Source: a virus
Lineage: Duplodnaviria > Heunggongvirae > Uroviricota > Caudoviricetes
Direction: 5' to 3' (one strand)
Virus record (IMG/VR): IMGVR_UViG_3300042564_004805
Coordinates: 64,001-128,000 of that record
Length of the DNA stretch: 64,000 nucleotides
Shown: one piece after another, positions 23,827 through 33,496 of the stretch
Layout of the letters: every line of letters begins with the position of its first letter
Numbering within the stretch: the first letter of the stretch is position 1
The notes under the pieces: model-generated
What the model was told of the DNA's origin: nothing
The model's input: only the letters and a program-made list of their open reading frames with translations
The model's database searches: none
Translations under genes and position numbers: made by a program

Positions 23827-24564
23827 TCATTGAGTTTTTCGTACCCAACTGGGTGGAGGCTTGCAGAAGCCAGGCTCGCTACCTGGGAAGGCGACTCGAG
23901 TCTGATAACTGTTTCTTTCCTTGAGACGGATACCCATTTTTTGAAGGTTGTCAGCACTGTCATAAAAGATGGTTTGAACAACCTGCGGTTGATTGCTGTT
24001 TCGTTCAAATCTCACATGAGTGGTATTGAAGGACGTTTCTTGACCAAATCCAGTACCAACACTGCCTATACTCATTGAACTAGCAGCTATTGACCCAGAG
24101 GCTCGCAGCACACTCTTGCCAAGTTGATGAATGTCAACGGCTCCATAAAATGGAAAGGGTTGCCCAGTGTAGCTGGGCTCTTTTTGGAGAAACCAAGCTA
24201 CACCAATCACCCCAACATTGCTGGTGTCTGAACCAGATTCTGCTGCATAACTATGCTTCTTGCTGCCAAATACAAACTCAGCTGCCTGTTCCCTATTCAA
24301 CATCCAGCCAGGAACGCTTGTGGTTCCCTGTGCTGGAATCAAAAACCCATTGCTTTCATAACTGGCGGGCTTGCCATCAATTACGCAGATGCCGTCAACA
24401 GACACTACAGCCATCACTGGGCTTAAGGTGTGGTTTTGAAGTTCAATAACATAGTTACTGCCCGCTCGACCCTCAATCCAGGTTTGGCCACGATGAGGGT
24501 ATTCATCAGCTGGAGAGCGACCTTTGGGCCGAATAATAAAATCCAACCCATAGCCGTTACGCAT
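23827..24564 (-). CDS. Conserved uncharacterised beta-rich protein adjacent to a vWA gene
   Basis: Y.I.L.N.T...VMAVVSVDG..V.DG, VPGW and F.F...SYA....NVGVIGVAWF pattern. Confidence 0.6.
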   Translation of the reverse strand: MRNGYGLDFIIRPKGRSPADEYPHRGQTWIEGRAGSNYVIELQNHTLSPVMAVVSVDGICVIDGKPASYESNGFLIPAQGTTSVPGWMLNREQAAEFVFGSKKHSYAAESGSDTSNVGVIGVAWFLQKEPSYTGQPFPFYGAVDIHQLGKSVLRASGSIAASSMSIGSVGTGFGQETSFNTTHVRFERNSNQPQVVQTIFYDSADNLQKMGIRLKERNSYQTRVAFPGSEPGFCKPPPSWVRKTQ

Positions 24565-25309
24565 TTTTGTTGCCCATTACCGTGTTGCGATCAACTGCGC
24601 TATACATAGTCTCGCTTGCATAGAGATCAGCGGTAGATACTCCAGCACTTTTGGCCATGCGAACACGAGTAGTGGTCTTGCTTAGCACATCCATGGTGTC
24701 TGCCATGCTGTTGGTTGAGTAGGTTACTGTGTTACTTTGTTGCATACCAAATGTGTGACCCATTGCAAATGCATCTACATTGGCACCAAGGAAGGTGAAA
24801 GTCCAGTCAGAGGCTTCACTCAGCTTGACCATTTCCTTGATTTGAGCTGTGTTGTAGCTGCGGCTTGAGTTTTCCTCGCCGTCAGTTACAATCACAACCA
24901 GCACACCTGGCCGTTCGGCCTGAGGCACTGAGTTAAGAACCTTGTTGATCTTTTCCAAAGTGTGCCCAATAGCATCCATTAGGTTGGTGCCACCACCAGG
25001 CTGATAGTCAGCTGATGTAAGTGCCTTAACAGACTTCACATGTTGATTTTCAAACAATGTAGTGATTTGTGGGGCGTCAAATTTAACAATAGTGAGATAG
25101 GCATCACCAGCGCCTTCGGCAGTCTTTTGTCCTTCAACAAACTCATTCAATCCAGAAATTGTAGCATCGCGCACACGGCCCATGCTTCCACTTTCATCAA
25201 GAACCACTGCAATAAGAGTTCCATTGCGACCAGCTGCGGCTGGTGTCCAATTCACTAGTGATTGTGCAGGAAAAGGATTTGCCCAGACTGGGTTATTATT
25301 TTGTTGCAT
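24557..25309 (-). CDS. von Willebrand factor A (vWA/TerY-like) domain protein
   Basis: MIDAS DESGS, GGTNLMDAIG, VIVTDGEENSS and FTFLGAN. Confidence 0.88.
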   Translation of the reverse strand: MQQNNNPVWANPFPAQSLVNWTPAAAGRNGTLIAVVLDESGSMGRVRDATISGLNEFVEGQKTAEGAGDAYLTIVKFDAPQITTLFENQHVKSVKALTSADYQPGGGTNLMDAIGHTLEKINKVLNSVPQAERPGVLVVIVTDGEENSSRSYNTAQIKEMVKLSEASDWTFTFLGANVDAFAMGHTFGMQQSNTVTYSTNSMADTMDVLSKTTTRVRMAKSAGVSTADLYASETMYSAVDRNTVMGNKNA

Positions 25310-25417
25310 TACTTGCCTTCTTTCACGTCCAGGTCTAAACTGCCTGGAGATACAAACATGCTGAACACTGTATCCAGCATGTTTATTTAACGGTGATAAT
25401 TTTAAGGGTGCAAGTTT

Positions 25418-25996
25418 TTAGGCGGTAGTTTTTTGACTGATCTGGTAACCAAAATTGTCTAGGATACTCAATAAGTCTTTTACAGCCTCTATGTTTTGTT
25501 CTCTAGCTGTAGAGGGCAATTGTTCCCAAGGTTGTATAAGTGGGTGTGTTTTCTGGGCTGTGCTCATTTTGATACCAAATTTCCATCCCTTGTCAACTGC
25601 TTCTTTCATCCAGCGAGTGTGCTGGTGTTTTGCCCAAAGATTTAAGATTTCGTCAATAGCAGTGTCTTGTATGCGTGTAGCTCCAGGAGAGGCTGTAACA
25701 GTATTTTGGCTACTGTCAATGAGGAAGTCGCCTTTGGGGAAAGTTTTGTTCCATTCTTGAACCAGGAAGTACAATTCACTATCAGTTATGTCGCGAACCA
25801 AAGGAATTGTATAACAAAATTTGCCTGAACGGGTTTTTTTGGCATAAAAATTACTTTCTCGTGTGATATCGTGACTGTATAAAGTGGTCTTTCCAATAAG
25901 ACCACTAGGTAGTTGTGTTTCAACACAGGTAAACCACTGCAATACAACAGATTTAGACAGTTTTTGTGGCACAATCAACGATATATAATTACTCAT
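25418..25996 (-). CDS. RyR (ryanodine receptor repeat) domain protein
   Basis: AKHQHTRWMKEAVDKGWKFG...KTHPLIQPWEQLP...REQN. Confidence 0.8.
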   Translation of the reverse strand: MSNYISLIVPQKLSKSVVLQWFTCVETQLPSGLIGKTTLYSHDITRESNFYAKKTRSGKFCYTIPLVRDITDSELYFLVQEWNKTFPKGDFLIDSSQNTVTASPGATRIQDTAIDEILNLWAKHQHTRWMKEAVDKGWKFGIKMSTAQKTHPLIQPWEQLPSTAREQNIEAVKDLLSILDNFGYQISQKTTA

Positions 25997-26024
25997 GCAG
26001 CTATTTATTCAAATTGGTTTGAGG

Positions 26025-26348
26025 TCACAAATAGCATGCATCCATACACAACTGAACTCCTGCAATTTTGTCACTACCCAACATCAAACTGTTGCGTAGA
26101 GTCATCACGCATATGCTTTGTTTTTCAACCATAAGTCGGTTATAGAGATCTACAAATTTACCGTGCAAATTGTTGTCACCCCCATTCCATACAAACTGGT
26201 CTTGATTCACCAACATTGTGATAGGTTCCTGGTCAATATTGAACACATAATGCCTACCTGTGGCATCAATAAGATGCAGGCACCAACAAATAACAGGCTC
26301 CACTACTGGTTCTTCAAGAGCTTCTTCCAGAGCGACGGTTGTATCCAT
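26025..26348 (-). CDS. Hypothetical protein
   Basis: AAGGAG RBS; 107 aa. Confidence 0.55.
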   Translation of the reverse strand: MDTTVALEEALEEPVVEPVICWCLHLIDATGRHYVFNIDQEPITMLVNQDQFVWNGGDNNLHGKFVDLYNRLMVEKQSICVMTLRNSLMLGSDKIAGVQLCMDACYL

Positions 26349-26377
26349 ATAATTTACTCCTTGAGGTTTTTGGTTAT

Positions 26378-27307
26378 TTAGAGTGTGATTTTTTTGGTTT
26401 CAATCTTTTTGATTATTTTGTCCACAGACTCGTCATCCGCTGTGAGCAGCTCAAAATCATAATATTGTGGTGGCTCAAGCTCAGCTTCATCACCGCTGCG
26501 CATCCACACCAACACATCAGGATTGATGACTTGCCGTTGATCGTCAAGAGGACATGCATGATCTAAAATCACACAACTGCTTCGATCGTTACGTGCCATA
26601 GTTAGCATGCGATAGCTTTGTCTCATTCTGCCATCAATGCTAAAATCAATGTCTTTGTCACGCACTCTCACGTCCCAACTGCGCATCAAAGCACTGCTTG
26701 GCAATTTCTCATGCAGCTTTCGAGACATCTCTGCACGATTGCTGCCAGGTGCACCCATCACCAACACTCTAAACTTGCGATCAGTACACAGACGATAATA
26801 CTGCACCATACCCTGATCAAGGCTGTGAAATACCCACGGCCTGAAAAACACACCTTGGCTGGGTTCCAACAAAATGTTGGTGTGCAAATTCCACTCAAAC
26901 AAATTCATGTAGTTGAAGTTGTAGCCGTCAAGTGCTGTTTCTGCATCAACTTCGCCAGAGGAGTTAATATGATGATAGAGGTTGAGAGTTGTTCTCTCCA
27001 GTGCACAGACAAAGGCCCACTCATTGGGTGAGTCAAACTCTTCAAAATGAATCACGTTGTTCAAGGGACGGCGAAACACTCCGCTGCGCTTGTGATCAAT
27101 AACCACACGCTCGCCCAATACCTTGCTCATTACCGGCTCAAGTCGATCCAGCACCATGTTGAAGTTTTCCAACTCCATTCCATAACTGTTGGGCGTGAAT
27201 CTCAGCCCCTGCACCACTTGTGCGGCTCGTTGTGCATCCTGTGGATTTAAAAAATTGTCAGCATGGATCAATTTCACCATGCCTCTCACCATTGGTGTGC
27301 TAGTCAT
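26378..27307 (-). CDS. Fusion of a 2OG-Fe(II) oxygenase-like (DUF6445-like) domain and a degenerate adenylylsulfate-kinase-like P-loop domain
   Basis: N-term IHADNF, IHFEEF and VFFRPWVFHS; C-term VLVMGAPGSNRA, DFSIDGRMRQ..RM and CP....RQVINPDVLVWM. Confidence 0.6.
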   Translation of the reverse strand: MTSTPMVRGMVKLIHADNFLNPQDAQRAAQVVQGLRFTPNSYGMELENFNMVLDRLEPVMSKVLGERVVIDHKRSGVFRRPLNNVIHFEEFDSPNEWAFVCALERTTLNLYHHINSSGEVDAETALDGYNFNYMNLFEWNLHTNILLEPSQGVFFRPWVFHSLDQGMVQYYRLCTDRKFRVLVMGAPGSNRAEMSRKLHEKLPSSALMRSWDVRVRDKDIDFSIDGRMRQSYRMLTMARNDRSSCVILDHACPLDDQRQVINPDVLVWMRSGDEAELEPPQYYDFELLTADDESVDKIIKKIETKKITL

Positions 27308-28085
27308 TCAAAAGTCTCCAAATCTCACTGGCTGTATCTAGGAACAAGGCACTCAAAATATGTGAGGGGTCAGCTACCACCAGTGGAGCGCCTTCATCTC
27401 CTTGCCATCGCAACTCAGCATTCAAGGGCAAACTGCACAAAATTTTGGTATCAAATTCTTGGCACAACGTGGCTGCACCAGAGTGACCAAAAACATGATT
27501 AGTATGTCCGCAATTCTCACAAACATGTGTGCTCATGTTTTCCACGACGCCCAACAACCGTAATCCTCTGTTTTGATACATTTGCATGCCTCGTCTTGTA
27601 TCAGCAACAGCCACCCGTTGCGGGGTTGTCACAGTCACTACTCCTGCAGAGGGTAATTTGTCACAAATGCTGGTGTGAACATCTCCAGTGCCTGGAGGCA
27701 TGTCCACTACTAAACAGTCTAGTTCTCCCCAATCAGTGTGGCACAACAAATTGATTACACCCATACTCATCATTGGACCTCGCCAACTAACAGCTTGACT
27801 TTCACTTATTCTCGTGGCCAACGTGGTTATTTTTACACCATATTGAACAAAAGGCAAGCTCAGCTGGGGGTCAGTGCTGACTTTTACACTGGTGTTTTCT
27901 GGTAATGCCCACATCACTGCTTGACTGGGACCAGAAATATCAGCATCCAATAGTCCTATACGCAAGCCTTGATGAGCTAAGCTGGCTGCCAAGTTTGCAG
28001 CTACAGTGCTTTTGCCTACACCGCCTTTGCCACTGCTGACCAGCAAATGGTGCTTCACACCTGTCAATCCACTTGACCCTGTCAT
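27300..28085 (-). CDS. mrp: Mrp/ApbC/NBP35 Fe-S cluster carrier ATPase
   Basis: SGKGGVGKST, LLDADISGPS, WRGPM, WGELDCLVVDMPPGTGD and VENMS..VCENCG...VFG. Confidence 0.93.
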   Translation of the reverse strand: MTGSSGLTGVKHHLLVSSGKGGVGKSTVAANLAASLAHQGLRIGLLDADISGPSQAVMWALPENTSVKVSTDPQLSLPFVQYGVKITTLATRISESQAVSWRGPMMSMGVINLLCHTDWGELDCLVVDMPPGTGDVHTSICDKLPSAGVVTVTTPQRVAVADTRRGMQMYQNRGLRLLGVVENMSTHVCENCGHTNHVFGHSGAATLCQEFDTKILCSLPLNAELRWQGDEGAPLVVADPSHILSALFLDTASEIWRLLND

Positions 28086-29014
28086 CAGTTTTTAAACACT
28101 TCAAAATTTACAATTTGTGCGATTTCGTCAATTTGTTTGTTGCTGAACCGCATTATGCCATCATTCATCCGGTCCGCAAATTCACAATCTGTGCCAGTAA
28201 GTCTGATAGGGCTATATACTGGCTTTTGCCCATTACGGTAGATTTTGAAATGGTTGGGATAGCTGACATTGATTTCATCTGTACTGCCCATCATCACCAA
28301 ACCAGGCTTCGCCATAGAGCGCGCCATGTGTTGCCCTACGCTGTCGCACCCAACAAAATAGTCACACTCTGCTATAAAACTCAAATACATTCTGAGATCT
28401 GGATTCATGGTGTCAAGATCAATACTGGTTTTGTCTCCAGGGTGCTTAAGCTCACGCAAGCCAAAATACACTACCAAAATGTCTTTGTTGAATTTTTGAA
28501 CCAGGCTGAGATAGTCATCAGGATCCATGCTGCGATGGCTGCTGTCATAGGGTTTTCCATTCATCATGCCAATGCCGCTGCCGTAGGGTTGGATTACAAC
28601 AAGTCGACGTTTGTTGGTTTCGGCTAGCTTTTCCTTGATAAGTCGTCTCACAGTGTCTCTTTCCAGATTGCTGATGTAGAGATGTGGATGTTCCAAATCA
28701 CAGTGATCATCAGTTTTGTTGATTTCCTCATCAAAGGCCTCAGCTAAGCTCAAACGCTGATTGTAGTAGCCGTGAATATAATAAGGCTCTGGACACACCA
28801 CACGATTGTTTCGGATGAACAAGTCAAACGCACCTTTTTGGCTAATACTAAAACTGCGATTTTGCAGTAATGGGTGGCTCCAGAACAGCAACTCCCAGCC
28901 ATGTATCAGCACCTTGAAGTCGTCTGTTGGGTTCAATCGTGCATATTTCTCCAGTGCTGGTATGGCTGCAATCACACGGCCGGCGCCACCGTTAATGATG
29001 AATGTCGTGTTCAT
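28085..29014 (-). CDS. Glycosyltransferase-like protein (GT9/ADP-heptose-transferase-like GT-B)
   Basis: GGAGRVIAAIPAL, VIQPYGS, I..CDYFVGCDSVGQHMA..KPG.V.MGST; start taken at MNTTFIING. Confidence 0.65.
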   Translation of the reverse strand: MNTTFIINGGAGRVIAAIPALEKYARLNPTDDFKVLIHGWELLFWSHPLLQNRSFSISQKGAFDLFIRNNRVVCPEPYYIHGYYNQRLSLAEAFDEEINKTDDHCDLEHPHLYISNLERDTVRRLIKEKLAETNKRRLVVIQPYGSGIGMMNGKPYDSSHRSMDPDDYLSLVQKFNKDILVVYFGLRELKHPGDKTSIDLDTMNPDLRMYLSFIAECDYFVGCDSVGQHMARSMAKPGLVMMGSTDEINVSYPNHFKIYRNGQKPVYSPIRLTGTDCEFADRMNDGIMRFSNKQIDEIAQIVNFEVFKN

Positions 29015-29657
29015 TGAGGATCCTTTTGTTGGGTTTGGTGAGCAATCGCCACCAGCTGTTTTTGTGAACTCTTGGTGTGGTAACGTGGGAAGGGATGAGC
29101 CCTTGTGCTTGTGTTTCAAATCCTGTTTTCTCCAAAACTGTAGTGGTGGGAACCCCATCATCATAAAAACTTGTTTGATTGGGAATGGCTTTAGTGATGT
29201 TTTCCACCACAAAAATTGTTCCCCCTGGCTGCAAAAGGTGCCACAGAAGGGGAATTTCCTGCTCTATATAAGGACTATGTTGCAAAACCCAAACACACAT
29301 CACATGAGTGAAAGTTCCTGATTTCAACAAGCCAGGCGCATCACTCAATGCCACAGAAGAGAAGTTTTTGTGATTCACATAATCATTTGCCAATTCCAGC
29401 ATCTCTGGTTGCAGATCCACACCCACTACACTACAGCTATGCGCTTGAATCAATGCCTGGCTTAATCGACCCACACCACACCCCCAATCCAGCACTCTAC
29501 TGTTTTCATCAACAGGGGAGAATGTGGTCAACATATTGAGTGCCCATTGGGTTTCTTTTTCCCATCTGCCAGCAGTGGTGCCACCTTCAGGAGTTAAGAT
29601 CAAGCTTTGTGCATGTTCAAAACTTTCGGGTTTGAAAAAATCAGGATTGTAGCTCAT
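28992..29657 (-). CDS. Class I SAM-dependent methyltransferase
   Basis: VLDWGCGVGRLS, VVGVD...EML and WVLQH. Confidence 0.88.
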   Translation of the reverse strand: MSYNPDFFKPESFEHAQSLILTPEGGTTAGRWEKETQWALNMLTTFSPVDENSRVLDWGCGVGRLSQALIQAHSCSVVGVDLQPEMLELANDYVNHKNFSSVALSDAPGLLKSGTFTHVMCVWVLQHSPYIEQEIPLLWHLLQPGGTIFVVENITKAIPNQTSFYDDGVPTTTVLEKTGFETQAQGLIPSHVTTPRVHKNSWWRLLTKPNKRILNEHDIHH

Positions 29658-30018
29658 GGTACTTTCGCAATTCCCAGGTGGTGTCTAAGTCTTTGGCCCA
29701 TTTTGCCAAGTTTTGATAGCTGCTGAGAGGCACTTGCGGCCAAACTTCTGTCGCATGCAACCTTTGTGTTTTGTCTGCCATTCTTTCAACAGTGACCAAG
29801 AGCCCGCACTCACTGGGACGCATGCTGTCGTCCAACAGCCCTTGTAGCCAAAGGCATTGAAACCGAGTGCAGAATTCAGGTTTAGTGATGTAAATGGTGC
29901 AACCTGTGGTGTGCAAAAATCTGCAGGGGGTGCCGCGAGTTTGAATGTTTCCATAGGCATTGCCATAGAGATGGCCTTCACAACAGGCAGTGCAACTCCC
30001 GCAACTTCTATTGGGCAT
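29641..30018 (-). CDS. YkgJ-family Cys-cluster (CxxCxxCC) protein
   Basis: CGSCTACC, PCRFL..GCTIY..KP..C..F.C.W and RPSECG. Confidence 0.8.
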   Translation of the reverse strand: MPNRSCGSCTACCEGHLYGNAYGNIQTRGTPCRFLHTTGCTIYITKPEFCTRFQCLWLQGLLDDSMRPSECGLLVTVERMADKTQRLHATEVWPQVPLSSYQNLAKWAKDLDTTWELRKYHELQS

Positions 30019-30823
30019 AATTTTGCCACCACTGTTTCCAGTCTAAGAATGGATCCATTTGCGCATCAAATTGCATGTGCAGAGCCAAGCTGGGAATAGG
30101 ATTGAATCTAATGGCTGGTCCGTTCCGCCAAATATTCCAGATAGTGTTGTCTTCTGTGTAGCGAAACTCATTTTCCTTGCCCTTGCGCAAATACATGCCG
30201 CTGTAGTTCAAACTCAAGGCCTCAAACAAACCCCAATTTTGTTCTATCAAGCTTGGCACAGTCAACATCACAAAAGTTGTGTAGATGCCGCTTCTCCAGT
30301 GGCGAGCTGTGCCATGCACTAGCCAACAGGGTGGGGTAGGTGGATCATAGCATTCAGGCGCGTCGAATGGATATAATACTATCTGATCATTGTTCAATTT
30401 TTGTTTGAAGAGGAAATAGCTGTCCACCATCTCTTGTAGAGAGGATGGCGCATGTAAGTAGTCATCTTCCACACAATACACTAAGTCACTACTGCTGTTT
30501 TTGGCACGCAAAAACACCTCATGTCCTGAGTTTTGATAGCCTTGCGTTTCCAATTGAACCAGTTCAAAATTTGGTAAGAGAGATCCCTTTTCCTTAAGAA
30601 ATTCCACTAACGCCGGGCTGCTGCTGTCGTCCAACACAGTGAGTTTTACGTGAAACCAAGTGCAGTGTAGGATGGCAGCCACAAGGCTGTTGAAACAGCC
30701 CTTTACCAAGTCAATTTTTTCCATGTCACAATAGCGCACCCGCCAATCATTGTGTACATTGGCTCGATCACAAGTGCGCAAAATCACATGCAACTCAAGA
30801 GGATTGGTATTTTGAATACTCAT
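30008..30823 (-). CDS. GT-A fold (GT2-like) glycosyltransferase
   Basis: LTVLDDSS, VYCVEDDYLH and P.PSLALH. Confidence 0.7.
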   Translation of the reverse strand: MSIQNTNPLELHVILRTCDRANVHNDWRVRYCDMEKIDLVKGCFNSLVAAILHCTWFHVKLTVLDDSSSPALVEFLKEKGSLLPNFELVQLETQGYQNSGHEVFLRAKNSSSDLVYCVEDDYLHAPSSLQEMVDSYFLFKQKLNNDQIVLYPFDAPECYDPPTPPCWLVHGTARHWRSGIYTTFVMLTVPSLIEQNWGLFEALSLNYSGMYLRKGKENEFRYTEDNTIWNIWRNGPAIRFNPIPSLALHMQFDAQMDPFLDWKQWWQNYAQ

Positions 30824-30825
30824 GC

Positions 30826-31605
30826 TCAATATCTCCAAACTTCCATATTGGAGTATTGGCTTAAGATATCTGGAGGCAAAATAGTTTCTCTAGGCCGCCA
30901 TTCTACTCTGCTGTGTATTTTATGTAATTGCATACCAATCTCTGCATCATACTCGTCCCAACTGGCCTCTACCGCGTCAAAATCATGAGGGTAGTAGGGT
31001 TCTCCGATGAAATTATACACTGCCTGGAGCACGCCTTGGGGATTTCGACACAACTGTTCGTATTCGATCAACATCAACATATGTTTTTCTGCACTAGTAA
31101 TAGCTTGTTTCACTCCAGTATAGGCAAATTCCACTATGCCATTCTTCTCCATCAACAAGTTCATCCGATCATACACACTGTCGCCAATCCCACCAAAAAT
31201 GGTGTTTTTGTCAAAAGGGTGTCGTCGATGTGCAGTTTCAAAACTGTCCAAAACCCATTTGAGGTCACGCACACAAACCAACACTCGTGAGCTGGGATAA
31301 ACCTCCTGGATTTGTGGCAAGAGTCGGGTCCAGGCTCGGTTGGTGTTCCAACAAATACTTTTGTCTACATCTTGGTAGTAGCCGTCAAACAATGCTCGCA
31401 CAAGATTTTTTCTGCGACTCACTGGTACTTCTGTTCGCATACCAGGACTGTCTACACTAGTTTCAATCACTCCTCGAACCATAGTGGCCAGTGGATCAGT
31501 AATGCTGGCATGCATCACTGGATTCTGCCGCAAAATGCTGCTTAGCAAGGTGCTTCCGCTCCGTGGTAGCCCGCTTATCATGTGATAGTGTTTTTCAGTT
31601 GTCAT
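30826..31605 (-). CDS. Sulfotransferase (PAPS-dependent)
   Basis: 5'-PSB loop SGLPRSGSTLL, 3'-PB CVRD..VLDS and IEYEQL...PQ..L..VYNFIG. Confidence 0.88.
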   Translation of the reverse strand: MTTEKHYHMISGLPRSGSTLLSSILRQNPVMHASITDPLATMVRGVIETSVDSPGMRTEVPVSRRKNLVRALFDGYYQDVDKSICWNTNRAWTRLLPQIQEVYPSSRVLVCVRDLKWVLDSFETAHRRHPFDKNTIFGGIGDSVYDRMNLLMEKNGIVEFAYTGVKQAITSAEKHMLMLIEYEQLCRNPQGVLQAVYNFIGEPYYPHDFDAVEASWDEYDAEIGMQLHKIHSRVEWRPRETILPPDILSQYSNMEVWRY

Positions 31606-32950
31606 TTTGTTGTTTTTCTCGTAGAGTTGTTTTAATAATTTCACCTGCTCTCTGCAATGGTGTAGACCAACACCCTGGAGTCTGTTGCTTCAGTACACGT
31701 AAGCTTTTTGAATACCATGGCGTGCTCTCGTCAGTATGTGTGCTGGTCCAAACATAATATTCCAAAATAGGCACACACACAATCCCAGGCACTCCCATAC
31801 TGGCGGCTGCATGTATTATACTAGTACAACTGCTGAGCACAATATCCATTTGACTGAGATAGTCCAGTGTGTCGTCCCAGGAGTTGATCCTGGCTCGAAG
31901 ATTATGGCATCTCTCGTGCGTGTGCTGTAGATCAAAATTGTAGATTTCAACATCCGAGGGTATCACACTCAGCATCTGCTCCAAAGGAATACAGCGATAA
32001 ATGTCCTGCTCAAAATAAGGGTTGCCTTGACATTTTACCCCAACACGTAGTTTTTTTGACGCAGGCAGTTTGGTATGAGGTTGGCCAGACGCTGTGAGAT
32101 AAGGCCCTTTCCAAAGGTCTTGTTCGCCAACACCCAAATCAATAGGCAAGTTCATGAGATAAGTCCAGGGCTGATGAACATCAATCTCCTCCTCATTCAC
32201 CAACACTTCAAATCCATGTCGGCGGAACACTTGGGCTAATCCAGGGCGGTCTAATATGCTGAAAAGTTTTGGTTGCATACCCAAGTTTTTGAGATGGTTG
32301 AAGAACCTGATGTTGATGAGCTCGTCACCAGCTCCTCCGCAGGCATTCACATAGAGAGTTTGGCCTGGCACCTTCACTCCATTCCAAATTCTCATTCCTT
32401 TGATGTCAAAAACAGTTGTGCGATCTCTGTCCGTGTGTAGGAACCACCGAATTCCTTCAGCAGTTTGTCCAGCTCGGAGCAGTGGATGAGTGTCAGTTAT
32501 GCGCAGATTCTCGCACTGGTCAGCTGTGACCCAAGGCTGACACTTCAAATCATTTATTACTCTTTCGCTCTCGCCACGCTCACCATTTAACTTCAAACTG
32601 GCAGCATAACTCACTATAGCGTCAAAGTCATTTGGGCGCATTTCCAAATTTATCTTATTGTAAAATAATGCTTTTTCTGGCTGATTTGCACGATAATAGG
32701 CTTTGCCTAAGTTCACTCTTGCTACATAAGATTCTTCAGGTGTAGTGCACATACCTGCAACAGTTTCAGCACACTTGACAGCCAAGTCTGTATGACCAAT
32801 CTTTAGGCTCACTGTGCCCAAAGTTTCCAGCTCTAGCAGTGTTTGCGCTCTGGGCCAATAATGGTCCAAGAGTTGAAATGCCAGTGGATGATTTTCCTGT
32901 TTGGCCAACTCCAGTGCTGTGGTTTTCACATGCTCAAATGTTGAGCTCAT
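31595..32950 (-). CDS. TPR-domain protein with C-terminal GT9-like glycosyltransferase domain
   Basis: TPR-like NLGKAYYRANQPEKALFY; GGAGDELINIRF, LMNLP..L and D.VLSSCTSIIHAAASMGVP. Confidence 0.75.
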   Translation of the reverse strand: MSSTFEHVKTTALELAKQENHPLAFQLLDHYWPRAQTLLELETLGTVSLKIGHTDLAVKCAETVAGMCTTPEESYVARVNLGKAYYRANQPEKALFYNKINLEMRPNDFDAIVSYAASLKLNGERGESERVINDLKCQPWVTADQCENLRITDTHPLLRAGQTAEGIRWFLHTDRDRTTVFDIKGMRIWNGVKVPGQTLYVNACGGAGDELINIRFFNHLKNLGMQPKLFSILDRPGLAQVFRRHGFEVLVNEEEIDVHQPWTYLMNLPIDLGVGEQDLWKGPYLTASGQPHTKLPASKKLRVGVKCQGNPYFEQDIYRCIPLEQMLSVIPSDVEIYNFDLQHTHERCHNLRARINSWDDTLDYLSQMDIVLSSCTSIIHAAASMGVPGIVCVPILEYYVWTSTHTDESTPWYSKSLRVLKQQTPGCWSTPLQRAGEIIKTTLREKQQNDN

Positions 32951-32953
32951 GGG

Positions 32954-33496
32954 TTACTTTACTACCACTAACTGAATGTAGACTTCGTCGATTATGTTAC
33001 AGTGCTGTTCAAGATACTGCTCTACCTGTTCTTTAGGTTGCCCCACAAATTGATCTTTGTATTTTTCCATGGGTCGCAAGCTGTAGTCCACCACCTCAAA
33101 ATCCACATTGTAGCGTTCGGCAAGCCTACTGGCATGTGCACCTTGCTTGCGTGCCAATTGGTTGTATTTGCAGCCAAACAAGCGCAAGCCATCTACAGTG
33201 ACTGGGCGTTTGTGCGTGGGGTCGCTGAAGAAGTCATCACTGCGGTGATGAGGTACATGAATATGTACTCTTGCCCCAGGTTTGCACACTCGATAAATTT
33301 CCTGCAGACAGTGAAAATACCCCTCGCCCAAGTGCTCTAACACATGAGTGGCTCTCAACACATCTACACTGTTGGTGGGAAATGGGAAAATGTCTTTTTC
33401 AAGGTCAAAACAAAAATCAGGATTGCAGTTGGGATCGTAGTCACAGTGCACATATCCATCAATCCTGTCTTCACCTGCGCCAATATAGATTTTCAT
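32954..33496 (-). CDS. Methyltransferase type 11-like protein
   Basis: IYIGAG...DGYVHCD, DLEK..FPF..NSVD...ATHVLEHL and EIYRVCKPGA....VPH. Confidence 0.85.
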   Translation of the reverse strand: MKIYIGAGEDRIDGYVHCDYDPNCNPDFCFDLEKDIFPFPTNSVDVLRATHVLEHLGEGYFHCLQEIYRVCKPGARVHIHVPHHRSDDFFSDPTHKRPVTVDGLRLFGCKYNQLARKQGAHASRLAERYNVDFEVVDYSLRPMEKYKDQFVGQPKEQVEQYLEQHCNIIDEVYIQLVVVK

